Virus record (IMG/VR): IMGVR_UViG_2687453321_000002
Coordinates: 26,420-90,419 of that record
Length of the DNA stretch: 64,000 nucleotides
Source of the DNA: a virus
Lineage: Duplodnaviria; Caudoviricetes
Reading direction: 5' to 3' (one strand)
Below the pieces are notes generated by a model, which did no database searches, had not been told where the DNA came from, and worked only from the letters and a program-made list of their open reading frames with translations. A program made the translations under genes and the position numbers. Positions 38,142 through 48,688 of the stretch are shown in pieces. Position 1 is the first letter of the stretch; each line of letters opens with the position of its first letter.

Positions 38142-38388
38142 AAAAAAGCCCCTCTTCGGAAGGGGCAATCGGAAAACACAAAAAAACACAGACAGTATCA
38201 GGGGAAATCGGCTATTAATTATCAGTGTTGCTAACTAATTGCCTGATGAAACTTTACAATTAATTAACTAAACAATTCACAAACGAAAGTGTGAAAAAGA
38301 AAAGTATGGATAACCAAAGCCATCAGCCCGTCCCCACCGCGCACCCAGCGCATAGGCAGGATGGTGGCTTTTTTCTTCGGGGCTGTGA

Positions 38389-38937
38389 ATGGATTGGCAT
38401 ACGGTTGTTTGCGTCGCCAGTGGGCCATCGTTGACTGAGGCGGATTGTGAGCTGGTAGAGGCATCAGGTTTGCCGGTGATCGCGGTCAACAATAGTTGGC
38501 GCCTTATACCGTCATGTGCCGTCATTTATGCCGCTGATTGCTGCTGGTGGGAGTTATACCACGCAGAGATAACGAATTGTGCCGATCGTTGGTGCAGCGA
38601 CCCGTTCACCGCTGAACGATTCAACTTGCCGCGGTTTGAGAGCCAGTTGCCAGGCAGTTTTAATTCTGGCCAACGTGCTATTGAGCTGGCCATCTACCGC
38701 GGCGCCCGGCGGGTGTTGCTGGTGGGATATGACTGTTCAATTCGCGACGGTGCTCACTGGCATGGGGCCCACGCTGGCCTCGCCAATCCTGATGCCATGA
38801 GTGTAGCCCGTTGGCATGATGAGTTTCGCCAATTGCGTGATTGGGCGGTGGGTGTGGAGATCATTAACTGTTCGCGGCGTACTCGCTTGCGATGTTTCCA
38901 GAAGCAGTCTCTTGAGGCTGCGCTCTCTTCAATTTAA
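38389..38937 (+). CDS. DUF115/sialyltransferase-like (GT29/GT42-like fold) protein
   Basis: VVCVASGPSL, VIAVNNS, NSG..AI.LA...GARRVLLVGYD, IINCS motifs. Confidence 0.65.
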   Translation: MDWHTVVCVASGPSLTEADCELVEASGLPVIAVNNSWRLIPSCAVIYAADCCWWELYHAEITNCADRWCSDPFTAERFNLPRFESQLPGSFNSGQRAIELAIYRGARRVLLVGYDCSIRDGAHWHGAHAGLANPDAMSVARWHDEFRQLRDWAVGVEIINCSRRTRLRCFQKQSLEAALSSI

Positions 38938-38945
38938 AGGTTTTT

Positions 38946-39818
38946 ATGTCGATAAAGCGAAATGTCTACATCAATGGCATGTTAGGCCTGGGCGATAGCA
39001 TCTACCAGCGGGCATTTGTTCGGCAATTCCCCGGAGCTTACATTCGCACTCCCTGGCCGGAGTTGTATGCGGATCTTGATGTGAAATTCGTCAAGTCCAA
39101 CACGTTGCTGCGCACTCAGCGGAAAAACGAAGATCGCACCTGGTTGAGGTATGTGCCTGAACCGACGAAAGCCGAAGTTTTCACGGTGTTCTATGGGGCG
39201 GACGAGCTGGCGCGAGGATCCATTATCGATGCCATGACCCTGCAATTCTGCAAGGTGGCGTCCCAATTTGATTTGCCTTCCTATGGGCCGTCGCCGGTGA
39301 TTAGTGATAAGCCCATTGCGGTTATTCGTCCGGCTACGGTTCGGCGCGAGTGGGCCAATCCTGCACGTAACCCTGACCCCAAATACATCAACGAGGCGGC
39401 AGCGCTGCTGAAGAAGCATTTCTATGTGGTCAGCCTGGCGGATCTGGAAGAGGGCGAAGAGTGGATTGTTGGCGATGCGCCAGCGGCCGATCTACAGCTG
39501 CACGCCGGTGAGTTGTCTGTAACCCAGATACTGGCGTTGGTTGAGCATGCTGCTGTGGTGGTCTCGGGTGTGGGTTGGGCGCTTCCTGCCGCCATCTGCT
39601 ACAAAACACCGGTTTTCATTATCCAGGGTGGCTGTGGCGGGCATAACGCGCCACATATTGTTACCGATCCGGAGATGGATCTTTCCCGCGTAGGTTGGGC
39701 GCAGCCTGATAATTACTGCATGTGTGGCCAGATGGACCATGCGTGTTCCAAACACATTACCGGCTTTAGCCAACAATTTAAGGACTGGCTCAATGAAATC
39801 GTTCTCTCAACATCTTGA
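38946..39818 (+). CDS. GT-B glycosyltransferase (GT9/heptosyltransferase-like)
   Basis: GMLGLGD.I N-terminal motif; LSV.Q.LALV..A..VVS......AA....TPV C-terminal pattern; C.C....H.C.K tail. Confidence 0.65.
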   Translation: MSIKRNVYINGMLGLGDSIYQRAFVRQFPGAYIRTPWPELYADLDVKFVKSNTLLRTQRKNEDRTWLRYVPEPTKAEVFTVFYGADELARGSIIDAMTLQFCKVASQFDLPSYGPSPVISDKPIAVIRPATVRREWANPARNPDPKYINEAAALLKKHFYVVSLADLEEGEEWIVGDAPAADLQLHAGELSVTQILALVEHAAVVVSGVGWALPAAICYKTPVFIIQGGCGGHNAPHIVTDPEMDLSRVGWAQPDNYCMCGQMDHACSKHITGFSQQFKDWLNEIVLSTS

Positions 39819-40422
39819 GTCTGGGTTGGTCTTCGTCCCGGCACTGGGCATTGGTCGTTATCCCGTCCCGGTGAACCAACGGCCGTATGACGACAGCTAT
39901 TTTCACAAATACCAGTTGATGGCGGATACCCCGATGGGGCACGCGCTGACGAAATCGCGCGTTGCGTTGGTGGAGCGCCACCACGGCGATGAAATGGTGC
40001 TCGATGTAGGGATCGGTGCCGGGCAGTTTGTGGAGGCCCGCCCTCAGACATGGGGGTATGACGTCAATCCGGTAGGCATTCAATGGTTAAAGCTGCGCGG
40101 ACGCTGGGCCGATCTGTATACGGCTGACGCATTCCCAGCGTTGACGTTCTGGGACAGCCTGGAGCATATCGACAAGCCCGAACTGGCGGTAGCAAAAGCC
40201 AGGCAGTGGGTGTTTGTGTCGATCCCCATCTTCGCCGGGGGCGATGCCATTATGGCTTCACATCACTATCGGCCGAACGAGCACATTTGGTATTTCACGC
40301 ATGATGGTCTGCTGCGGTGGTTTGCTGAGCAAGGCTTTACCTGCGTTGAGAGTAACACGATTGAATCAGACCTGGGCCGCGTTGGCATAGGGTCGTATGC
40401 CTTTAAGAGGATTGCAGTATGA
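39793..40422 (+). CDS. Class I SAM-dependent methyltransferase (glycan/small-molecule type)
   Basis: VLDVGIGAG, GYDVNP, TFWDSLEHI..P, EHIWYFT...L. Confidence 0.85.
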   Translation: MKSFSQHLESGLVFVPALGIGRYPVPVNQRPYDDSYFHKYQLMADTPMGHALTKSRVALVERHHGDEMVLDVGIGAGQFVEARPQTWGYDVNPVGIQWLKLRGRWADLYTADAFPALTFWDSLEHIDKPELAVAKARQWVFVSIPIFAGGDAIMASHHYRPNEHIWYFTHDGLLRWFAEQGFTCVESNTIESDLGRVGIGSYAFKRIAV

Positions 40423-40781
40423 AAGAGCGGAATTATGATGCCATTGGCCGTTGCATTGTGGCGAAGAGAACCATTGGACAGCTTATTGACGAGCTGGCTC
40501 ACCTTCGTCACTTGGCGACTCGGAATAGCGTTTATCTCCTGGAAGACGAACTCTCTATGTATGACTCGATGGTTGAGTGTGCGGCAACATGGGCCACGGA
40601 AACTCGTCGCATCTATGACGAAATTTACAGCCAGGCGCTGGAGTATAACCGCTGGGCACCACTGGCAGAGTATCCGCCGATCTTGATTACGCGCCATCCG
40701 TTGCCGCATACAGATACGGTGCAAAAAGAATTAGTTTTCATGATCAACAAGGCCCCGGGCCATGCCGCCCCGCACGCCTAA
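40419..40781 (+). CDS. Hypothetical protein
   Basis: ATGA coupling; GAGGA RBS. Confidence 0.55.
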   Translation: MKERNYDAIGRCIVAKRTIGQLIDELAHLRHLATRNSVYLLEDELSMYDSMVECAATWATETRRIYDEIYSQALEYNRWAPLAEYPPILITRHPLPHTDTVQKELVFMINKAPGHAAPHA

Positions 40782-41118
40782 AGCCTGCCGTAAACGCGGC
40801 TGCCGCAATACAACGACTGATCCCAGCGGATTCTGTAGTGAGCATCGAGGTGAAGGCTGGCGCAATTATAAGCCTGGTCAGAGTCGGCATCAGCGTGGTT
40901 ACGGCAGCCGCTGGGATGTGATTAAGCTGCGGATCCTCAAGCGGGATAAGGGGTTGTGTCAGGAATGCCTGCGCCGGGGTGCGATAACCGAGGCTGATTG
41001 TGTTGACCATATCGTGCCTCTCGCGCACGGTGGAGGCGATAGCGAGGCCAACTTGCAAAGCTTATGCACCCCCTGTCATAGGGCGAAGACCGCGAGAGAG
41101 CGGCGCTCAGGCCGGTAG
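40762..41118 (+). CDS. Terminase-associated HNH endonuclease
   Basis: RGYG..W, CQEC, VDHIVP...GG.D...NLQSLC..CH..KT. Confidence 0.9.
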   Translation: MPPRTPKACRKRGCRNTTTDPSGFCSEHRGEGWRNYKPGQSRHQRGYGSRWDVIKLRILKRDKGLCQECLRRGAITEADCVDHIVPLAHGGGDSEANLQSLCTPCHRAKTARERRSGR

Positions 41119-41205
41119 GGGGAGGGAAAATCTCTACGGCTTTGCCTCTTCCGTACTGCCCGCCCCGTCATGTTTTTACACCCGCGAAAAATGAAATTTA
41201 ATCTG
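41119..41205. other. Probable cos region
   Basis: Intergenic between HNH and terS with a GC-rich core CTGCCCGCCCCG; typical position for cos. Confidence 0.4.
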
Positions 41206-41213
41206 GAGCGCAT

Positions 41214-41708
41214 ATGGCCGGAACGGCAGGCCGATCCGGGCGGCGCCCAAAGCCGACCGCCCGCAAGGAATTGGCCGGCAACCCCGGTAAACGAGCCCTG
41301 AATAAGGACGAGCCGGTATTCACCCCGATAAAGGGCGCGGAGCCGCCGGCATGGTTTGAAGAAGAGGGGCTCCACCTGGCAACGGTAATGTGGCAAATGA
41401 CCACCAAAGAGCTTTGCGGCCAGGGCATTCTGTGCATCACGGATCTGGCGGTGCTGGAGCGGTGGTGCGTGGCGTACGAGTTTTGGCGCCGTGCAGTCAA
41501 GAACATCGCCAAGCAGGGCAACGTGGTTACCGGTGCCACCGGCGGCCCGATAAAGAACCCTCAATTGACGGCGAAAAAAGAACAGGAAACGGAGATGAGC
41601 AGCACCGGCGCCATGCTGGGGCTCGATCCGGGAAGCCGCCAGCGGCTAATAGGACTCGCCGGCCAGAAAAAAACGGATAACCCATTCATTAAGTTGATCA
41701 CATCATGA
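41214..41708 (+). CDS. Terminase small subunit (P27 family)
   Basis: [25 protein letters not shown]. Confidence 0.9.
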   Translation: MAGTAGRSGRRPKPTARKELAGNPGKRALNKDEPVFTPIKGAEPPAWFEEEGLHLATVMWQMTTKELCGQGILCITDLAVLERWCVAYEFWRRAVKNIAKQGNVVTGATGGPIKNPQLTAKKEQETEMSSTGAMLGLDPGSRQRLIGLAGQKKTDNPFIKLITS

Positions 41709-43438
41709 AGAGAAAATCTTACCCCAACGTGAATGCTGCCAATCAGTATGCGCGTGATGTGGTGCGCGGCAAGATAGTGGCCTGCCAGTATGTGGTAAGC
41801 AGCTGCCAGCGGCATCTTGATGATCTGGCCGAAGAAAAGGGGCGAAAGTTTCGCTACCGCTTTGACAGGGACCTTGCAGAGCAGGCCGCGCGATTTATCC
41901 AGCTATTACCGCACACCAAGGGCGAATGGGCATACAAGCGGATGCCGATCACCCTGGAGCCGTGGCAGCTGTTTATCGTCTGTGCCGTCTTTGGCTGGGT
42001 GCACAAAGGCACCAAGCTACGGCGCTTTCGCGAGGTCTACACCGAGATCCCCCGCAAGAACGGCAAATCGGCCATCTCGGCCGGCGTGGCGCTCTACGGG
42101 TTTACCTGCGACGGTGAGTTCGGTGCCGAGGTGTATTCCGGTGCGACCACCGAAAAGCAGGCCTGGGAGGTGTTTCGCCCGGCCCGGCTGATGTGCAAGC
42201 GTACGCCGATGCTGATGGAGGCTTTCGGTATTGAGGTCAATGCGTCCAACCTCAACCGCCCGGAGGACGGCGCCCGCTTTGAACCTCTGATCGGCAACCC
42301 GGGCGACGGTTCATCGCCCAGCCTGGCGGTGGTGGATGAATACCATGAACATCAAACCGATGCGCTCTATACCACCATGTTGACCGGCATGGGCGCCCGC
42401 CGGCAACCGCTGATGTGGGCGATCACCACGGCCGGCTACAACATCGAGGGGCCGTGCTACGACAAGCGCCGGGAAGTGGTGGAGATGCTGAGCGGCACCG
42501 TGCCAAACGATGAGCTGTTCGGCATCATCTACACCATCGACGAAGGCGACGACTGGACAAAACCGGAGGCGTTGATCAAGGCCAACCCCAATATGGGCGT
42601 CTCGGTTTACAAAGACTTTCTGCTCAGCCAGCAGCAGCGGGCGATCAACAACGCTCGCCATGCCGGCACTTTCAAGACCAAACACCTCAATATCTGGGTC
42701 GCGGCGCGGGATGCCTTCTATAACCTGGTGAGCCTGAAGCGCTGTGAAGATACTACGCTGACGCTCGAGCAGTTTGAAGGGCAGCCCTGCATTCTGGCGT
42801 TTGACCTGGCGCGCAAGCTGGACATGAACAGCATGGGGCGGCTGTTTACGCGGGACATTGACGGCAAGCGCCATTATTACAGCATCGCGCCGCGGTTCTG
42901 GGTGCCGTATGACACGGTCTACAGCGTTGAACGCAGCGAGGATCGGCGTACGGCGGAGCGCTTCCAGAAATGGGTAGAAATGGGATTGCTGACGGTTACG
43001 GATGGCGCGGAGATCGATTATCGCTACATCATGGAAGAGGCCCGGGCAGCCAACCGGCTTAATCCGGTAGAGGAATCGCCCATCGACCCCTTCGGCGCCA
43101 CCGGCATATCGCACGAGCTGGCCGATGAAAACATGTCGCCCATTACGATCATCCAGAATTACATCAACATGTCCGACCCGATGAAAGAGCTGGAGGCCGC
43201 TATCGAGTCTGGCCGGTTCCACCACGACGGCAACCCCATCATGGTCTGGTGTCTCAGCAACGTGATCGGCAAGTATTTGCCGGGGAACGATGATGTGGTT
43301 CGGCCAATCAAGGAGCAGGCCGAGAACAAGATTGACGGCGCTGTCACGCTGATTATGGCCATCGGTCGCGCCATGCTGAATGAGCCGGGCGATTTTCTCT
43401 CCAACTTCGATCCAGACGAGGACGTTTTATACCTATGA
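41705..43438 (+). CDS. Terminase large subunit
   Basis: [29 protein letters not shown]. Confidence 0.95.
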   Translation: MKRKSYPNVNAANQYARDVVRGKIVACQYVVSSCQRHLDDLAEEKGRKFRYRFDRDLAEQAARFIQLLPHTKGEWAYKRMPITLEPWQLFIVCAVFGWVHKGTKLRRFREVYTEIPRKNGKSAISAGVALYGFTCDGEFGAEVYSGATTEKQAWEVFRPARLMCKRTPMLMEAFGIEVNASNLNRPEDGARFEPLIGNPGDGSSPSLAVVDEYHEHQTDALYTTMLTGMGARRQPLMWAITTAGYNIEGPCYDKRREVVEMLSGTVPNDELFGIIYTIDEGDDWTKPEALIKANPNMGVSVYKDFLLSQQQRAINNARHAGTFKTKHLNIWVAARDAFYNLVSLKRCEDTTLTLEQFEGQPCILAFDLARKLDMNSMGRLFTRDIDGKRHYYSIAPRFWVPYDTVYSVERSEDRRTAERFQKWVEMGLLTVTDGAEIDYRYIMEEARAANRLNPVEESPIDPFGATGISHELADENMSPITIIQNYINMSDPMKELEAAIESGRFHHDGNPIMVWCLSNVIGKYLPGNDDVVRPIKEQAENKIDGAVTLIMAIGRAMLNEPGDFLSNFDPDEDVLYL

Positions 43439-43590
43439 AAACACTGATTATCGATGCTATCGGGCTGACGGGCCTCGGCTTGCTGGTGGGCGGCATTTAC
43501 CTGCAATTCGGGACGGCGACTGCACTGCAGTGTGCTGGCGCCGCGTTACTGGCATTTGCCCTTATCGCTGCAAGGAGGGGGAAAACGTGA
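43435..43590 (+). CDS. Small membrane protein preceding the portal (YmfR-like); not in the ORF track
   Basis: [26 protein letters not shown]...AARRGKT*; coupled on both sides. Confidence 0.7.
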   Translation: MKTLIIDAIGLTGLGLLVGGIYLQFGTATALQCAGAALLAFALIAARRGKT

Positions 43591-44813
43591 TACTTGATGC
43601 GCTATTTCGCAGTGAACCGCTGGAAAATCCGGCCAATCCGATCACCGCCGAAATGGCGGAGACGGACGGCCTGTTTCAGTCGGATATTTATGTTAGCCCT
43701 GAAACATCGATGAAACTGGCTGTGGTCTATTCGTGCATTTACGTGCTGGCGTCAAACGTGGCCCAGATGCCGCTGCATGTGATGCGCAAAACGGAAAAAG
43801 GCGTGAATGTGGCGCGCGATCACCCGGTTTTTTATCTGGTGCATGACGAGCCCAACGACTGGCAGACCAGTTACAAATGGCGAGAGCTGAAGCAACGGCA
43901 CATTCTTGGCTGGGGCAACGGGTTTACCCGGGTGCACCGCTCGCGCCGCGGTGAGGTCAGCGGATTGGAAGCGTGCATGCCGTGGGAAACCACGCTACTC
44001 AATACTGGTGGGCGCTATACCTATGGCGTCTATAACGAGCTGGGCAGCTTCGCCATCAGCCCTGACGACATGATCCACATCCGTGCGCTGGGCAATAACC
44101 AGAAAATGGGTCTTAGCCCCATTTTGCAGCATGCCGAGACGATCGGCATGGGGATGAGCGGGCAGAAGTACACGAGCTCTTTCTTTAACGGTAATGCCCG
44201 TCCGGCGGGTATTGTCTCGGTTAAGGGGGAAATAAAATCCGATGGCTGGGATCGCTTGAAGTCTTACTGGCAGAAAGCCGCTCGTGCCCTGCGCAACCAG
44301 GATAACAAGACAATGCTTTTACCCGCCGACCTCGATTATAAAGCGCTGACTGTTTCGCCGGTAGACGCCCAGATCATCGATATGATGAAGCTGAACCGTT
44401 CGATGATTGCCGGCATATTCAACGTGCCGGCGCACATGATTAACGATCTGGAAAAAGCCACCTTCAGCAATATCACCGAGCAGGCCATTCAGTTTGTCCG
44501 CTATACCATCATGCCCTGGGTTGCCAACTGGGAGCAGGAGCTTAACCGCCGACTGTTCACCCGGGCGGAGCGGGCAGCGGGGTATTACGTCCGCTTTAAC
44601 CTGGCAGGGCTGATGCGCGGTACGCCGAAAGAGCGCGCCCAGTTCTACCACTACGCCATCATTGACGGCTGGATGAGCCGCAACGAGGCCCGCGCCTTCG
44701 AGGATATGAACCCGGTAGACGGGCTGGATGAAATGCTGGTCAGCGTGAATGCGGCCAATCCAACCAAAAACGCAATCGACGACAAAACCAAAGAGGAAGA
44801 CGCCGATGAGTGA
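43587..44813 (+). CDS. HK97-family portal protein
   Basis: VYSCI..LA..VAQMPL, GLSPI, IAGIFNVP, NEAR..E. Confidence 0.95.
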   Translation: MILDALFRSEPLENPANPITAEMAETDGLFQSDIYVSPETSMKLAVVYSCIYVLASNVAQMPLHVMRKTEKGVNVARDHPVFYLVHDEPNDWQTSYKWRELKQRHILGWGNGFTRVHRSRRGEVSGLEACMPWETTLLNTGGRYTYGVYNELGSFAISPDDMIHIRALGNNQKMGLSPILQHAETIGMGMSGQKYTSSFFNGNARPAGIVSVKGEIKSDGWDRLKSYWQKAARALRNQDNKTMLLPADLDYKALTVSPVDAQIIDMMKLNRSMIAGIFNVPAHMINDLEKATFSNITEQAIQFVRYTIMPWVANWEQELNRRLFTRAERAAGYYVRFNLAGLMRGTPKERAQFYHYAIIDGWMSRNEARAFEDMNPVDGLDEMLVSVNAANPTKNAIDDKTKEEDADE

Positions 44814-45405
44814 CAGAGAGACGCGCTGTTACAGCGGTGAAGTGCGCGCGCAGCAGCAGGAAGACCAGCCGACGCGGATTATCGGTTACGGCTCGGTGTT
44901 CAATATCCGTTCTGAACCGCTGTGGGGCTTTCGCGAGATAATCAAGCCAGGCGCCTTCGATGATGTGCTGAATGATGATGTGCGCGGGCTGTTTAACCAC
45001 GATCCCAACTTCATTCTGGGCCGGAGCACCTCGGGAACGCTCAAGGTTTCCGTAGATGAACGGGGTCTGCAGTATGACATTGAGGCGCCGGATACCCAGA
45101 CCATCCGCGATCTGGTGCTGGCGCCGATGCAACGTGGCGACATTAACCAGTCGTCCTTTGCGTTCCGCGTCGCCCGCGACGGCGATCGCTGGTACGAGGA
45201 TGAGGAAGGCGTGGTTATTCGCGAAATCCACAAGTTCTCCCGGCTGTATGACGTCAGCCCGGTGACGTATCCGGCCTATCAGGCGGCTGATTCAGCCGTC
45301 CGTTCTTTGAAAGCCTGGCAGGAGGCGCGCGAAAGTGGCGCGATCACCAATGCCGTAAACCAACGAATGGCGCGTGAGCGCCTCCTGACTTTACTTAATG
45401 TGTAA
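44806..45405 (+). CDS. HK97-family prohead protease
   Basis: GYGSVF, FNHD, SSFAF, DVSPVTYPAY. Confidence 0.92.
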   Translation: MSDRETRCYSGEVRAQQQEDQPTRIIGYGSVFNIRSEPLWGFREIIKPGAFDDVLNDDVRGLFNHDPNFILGRSTSGTLKVSVDERGLQYDIEAPDTQTIRDLVLAPMQRGDINQSSFAFRVARDGDRWYEDEEGVVIREIHKFSRLYDVSPVTYPAYQAADSAVRSLKAWQEARESGAITNAVNQRMARERLLTLLNV

Positions 45406-45414
45406 GGAAAAACT

Positions 45415-46653
45415 ATGTCTGCGTCCAAATTGCATGAACTGAAGCAAAAACGAAACACCATCGCCACCGACATGCGCGCCTTGCATGACAAAATTGGTGA
45501 TAACGCCTGGACCGATGAGCAGCGCACCGAGTGGAAGAAGGCTCAGGGCGAGCTGCAGGCCATCGATGAGAAAATCGAACGGGAAGAGTCCTTGCGCTCG
45601 CTGGATCAGTCGTTTATCGAGCAGCAGGAAGAGGAGCAACGCCAAAAGCAGAATAAAGACCCGAAAGGTGAAGATCCTGAGCAGCGCGTTGCCGTGTTTG
45701 ATAAATGGATGCGTCACGGCGCGGCCGAGCTGACCGCCGAAGAGCGCCAGGCATTGCGTGAGCTGCGCGCGCAGGGCATTGCGCCGGATGAGAAGGGGGG
45801 GTATACCGTACCAAAAACCTTCCTGGCGAAAGTGGTTGAGCAGATGAAAGCCTATGGCGGCATCGCCGGTGTGGCGCAGATCCTGACCACCTCTGACGGC
45901 CGAACCATGGAGTGGGCGACGGCTGACGGCACGGATGAGGTGGGTGTGCTGCTGGGTGAAAACGAAGAAGCCGGCGAAGAAGATACCGAATTCGGCATGG
46001 ACAGCCTGGGTGCGTTGAAGTTGACATCCAAAATCATTCGCGTGTCCAACGAGCTGCTGCAGGATAGCGCGATTGATATGGAAGCCTACCTTGCCCGCCG
46101 GATCGCCGAGCGTATCGGACGCGGTGAGGCGCGTTATCTGATCCGCGGCACCGGTACCGGTACACCGAAACAGCCGAAAGGTCTGGCGGCTTCCGTGGAT
46201 AAAACCACCGCGACTGCGTCAGCAACAGCGGTGAACTGGAAAGAGATCCTGACGCTGAAACACTCCATCGACCCGGCATACCGTCGCGGCGACCGTTTCC
46301 GCCTGGCCTTTAACGATAATACGCTGAAACTGATCAGTGAAATGGAAGACGGCCAGGGACGCCCACTGTGGCTGCCGGATATTGTCGGCGTGGCGCCGGC
46401 GTCGGTGCTGAACGTGCCGTACGTGATTGATCAGGAGATCGATGATATTGGTGCCGGCAAGAAGTTCATGTTCTGCGGCGATTTCAATCGCTTCATCATC
46501 CGCCGCGTCAATTATATGATCCTCAAGCGTCTGGTTGAGCGTTATGCCGAGTTCGATCAGACCGGCTTCGTCGCTTTCCATCGCTTCGATTGCATCCTGG
46601 AAGATACCTCCGCCATCAAGGCGCTGGTGGGTAAAGGATCGGCCAGTAGCTGA
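45415..46653 (+). CDS. HK97-family major capsid protein
   Basis: GGYTVP, VSNELLQDS, DGQGRPLW, GDF. Confidence 0.95.
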   Translation: MSASKLHELKQKRNTIATDMRALHDKIGDNAWTDEQRTEWKKAQGELQAIDEKIEREESLRSLDQSFIEQQEEEQRQKQNKDPKGEDPEQRVAVFDKWMRHGAAELTAEERQALRELRAQGIAPDEKGGYTVPKTFLAKVVEQMKAYGGIAGVAQILTTSDGRTMEWATADGTDEVGVLLGENEEAGEEDTEFGMDSLGALKLTSKIIRVSNELLQDSAIDMEAYLARRIAERIGRGEARYLIRGTGTGTPKQPKGLAASVDKTTATASATAVNWKEILTLKHSIDPAYRRGDRFRLAFNDNTLKLISEMEDGQGRPLWLPDIVGVAPASVLNVPYVIDQEIDDIGAGKKFMFCGDFNRFIIRRVNYMILKRLVERYAEFDQTGFVAFHRFDCILEDTSAIKALVGKGSASS

Positions 46654-46733
46654 TAGCGACGCCAACCGAAGTTCAACATGCCGCGTAAAGCGGTTTTTTT
46701 GTGCCCGCCGTTTGGCGGGCACCGGAGAAAGCT

Positions 46734-47057
46734 ATGTTGCTGAAACTCGAAGAAATCAAGGCGCAATGCAAGTTGGAGCCTGATTTTACTGAGGAAGATG
46801 CATTGCTAGAACTGATTGGCCGGGCGGTTCAGACGCGTACAGAGACGTTTCTTAATCGAAAACTCTATGCACCCGACAGCGAGATCCCCGAGTCCGATCC
46901 GGATGGTCTGCACCTTCCCGACGATATTAAGATTGGCATGCTGCTGCTGGCGACTCACTACTATGAGAACCGCTCGGCGGTGTCGGACTTTGAAAAGGCC
47001 AGCCTGCCGATGGGCTTTCTGTGGAACGTGCAACCCTACAGGTATATCCCGCTATGA
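46734..47057 (+). CDS. Head-tail connector (gp6-like)
   Basis: LEEIK.QC, LLL.THYYENR. Confidence 0.85.
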   Translation: MLLKLEEIKAQCKLEPDFTEEDALLELIGRAVQTRTETFLNRKLYAPDSEIPESDPDGLHLPDDIKIGMLLLATHYYENRSAVSDFEKASLPMGFLWNVQPYRYIPL

Positions 47058-47464
47058 AAATCCGTCAGGCGCAGACCAGTGCCAGCTATTTGCTGCCCGA
47101 CCCGGGCGAGCTGGATAAACGGATCGTTATCCGGCGGCGTGTAGACGAGCCGACAGACAGTTTCGGTTTGGCGCCGACTTTTCCCGAGTCGTTCCGTGCC
47201 TGGGCCAAGATGGCGCAGGTGGGGGCGGCCACTTATCAGGCGTCGGTCCAGACGGAGACGACCGTCACCCATTACTTCACCTTGCGTTACCGCTCTGGCA
47301 TTACCGCCGATCACGAGGTCGTATTGTCCGGCCAGGTTTACCGGGTGCGGCGTGTACGCGATCTGAACAGTAAAGGGCGCTTCCTGTTGCTGGAATGCGA
47401 AGAGCTGGGCAGCGAAACCCGAAGGAGTGAACGGCATGGCGGCGAAAGCGTCTTTACACGTTGA
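47054..47464 (+). CDS. Head closure protein
   Basis: PGELDKRI, TH.FT.RYR.GIT. Confidence 0.85.
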   Translation: MKIRQAQTSASYLLPDPGELDKRIVIRRRVDEPTDSFGLAPTFPESFRAWAKMAQVGAATYQASVQTETTVTHYFTLRYRSGITADHEVVLSGQVYRVRRVRDLNSKGRFLLLECEELGSETRRSERHGGESVFTR

Positions 47465-47954
47465 TTTCCAGCAACCGACAGAGTTGGTCTTCAACCGTGC
47501 CCGCCTTCGGCGTGCTTTTGTGCGCATCGGTCAGATCCACATGCGCGATGCGCGGCGGTTGGTGATGCATCGTGGCCGCTCGGCACCGGGGGAGAACCCG
47601 GCCTTCCGAACTGGTCGCCTCGCGCGTTCTATCGGTTACTACGTCCCGCGGGCCTCCAAGCGGCGCCCAGGCTTGATGGTGAAGATCTCTCCCAACCAGA
47701 AGAACGGCGAGGGCAACCGCCATATTAACGGGGTGTTTTACCCTGCGTTTCTGTTCTACGGGGTTCGCCGTGGGGCGAAGCGTCAGAAAAAACATCATCG
47801 TGGCGCCTCGGGGGGCACCGAGTGGCGGATTGCTCCGCGTAATAACTTCATGGTGGAGGTATTGGAGCGCCGGCGCAGCTGGACCCGATACACCCTTTCG
47901 CGTGAATTGCGAAAATCGCTGCGGGCACAGCGCCGCAAAAGGAAAACAGCGTGA
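47436..47954 (+). CDS. Tail completion protein (gp10-like)
   Basis: S.PGE.P..RTG.L..SI, APR.NFM. Confidence 0.75.
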   Translation: MAAKASLHVDFQQPTELVFNRARLRRAFVRIGQIHMRDARRLVMHRGRSAPGENPAFRTGRLARSIGYYVPRASKRRPGLMVKISPNQKNGEGNRHINGVFYPAFLFYGVRRGAKRQKKHHRGASGGTEWRIAPRNNFMVEVLERRRSWTRYTLSRELRKSLRAQRRKRKTA

Positions 47955-48511
47955 AATTAACCCCCATTATTGCTGCACTGCGTGCCCGCTGCCCGCGGTT
48001 TGAAAACCGGGTCGGAGGCGCGGCGCAGTTCAAGGCTATCCCCGATGTCGGTAAACTGCTGCTCCCGGCGGCGTATGTTGTGCCGGCCGATGATACACCC
48101 AGCGAGCAGAAGAGCCAGACGGACTATTGGCAGGATTTGACCGAAGGGTTTTCGGTCATTGTGGTGCTGAGCAACGGGCGCGATGAGCGTGGGCAGTGGG
48201 CGTCTTTTGACGCGGTGCACGATGTGCGGGCCGAGGTTTGGAAAGCCTTGCTGGGCTGGGAGCCTGATCCGGATGCCGGCCCCATTTGCTATGCCGGTGG
48301 CACGGTGCTCGATTTGAACCGCGCCGAACTTTATTACCAGTTCGATTTTACGGTAGACCGGGAGATAACCGAGGAAGACACCCGCCAACAGGACGATTTG
48401 GACTCGCTGGACGAGTTCAAAACCTTGTCGATTGATGTGGATTACATCGACCCTGGCGCCGGCCCCGACGGGAAAATCGAACACCACACCGAAATGCATT
48501 TCAGCGAGTAA
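47951..48511 (+). CDS. Tail terminator protein
   Basis: LPAAYVVP, ALLGW.P; SfV-like synteny. Confidence 0.75.
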   Translation: MKLTPIIAALRARCPRFENRVGGAAQFKAIPDVGKLLLPAAYVVPADDTPSEQKSQTDYWQDLTEGFSVIVVLSNGRDERGQWASFDAVHDVRAEVWKALLGWEPDPDAGPICYAGGTVLDLNRAELYYQFDFTVDREITEEDTRQQDDLDSLDEFKTLSIDVDYIDPGAGPDGKIEHHTEMHFSE

Positions 48512-48514
48512 CCC

Positions 48515-48688
48515 ATGTATCTGATCCCCAACAAAGGGCGAACCGTTCCCGACCCGGCGCGTGGTGATGTTTTGCCACCAGGCGGAAGGAATGTTGAACC
48601 CAGCACGTATTGGATGCGTCGGCTGGCGGCCGGCGATGTTCGACAACAAGACAATTCACCGGCCAAACCGAGAGGTAACACACAATGA
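48515..48688 (+). CDS. DUF2635 (Mu gp38-like) protein; not in the ORF track
   Basis: P.KGR.VPDP.RG..LP..G..V....YW.RRL..GDV. Confidence 0.8.
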   Translation: MYLIPNKGRTVPDPARGDVLPPGGRNVEPSTYWMRRLAAGDVRQQDNSPAKPRGNTQ

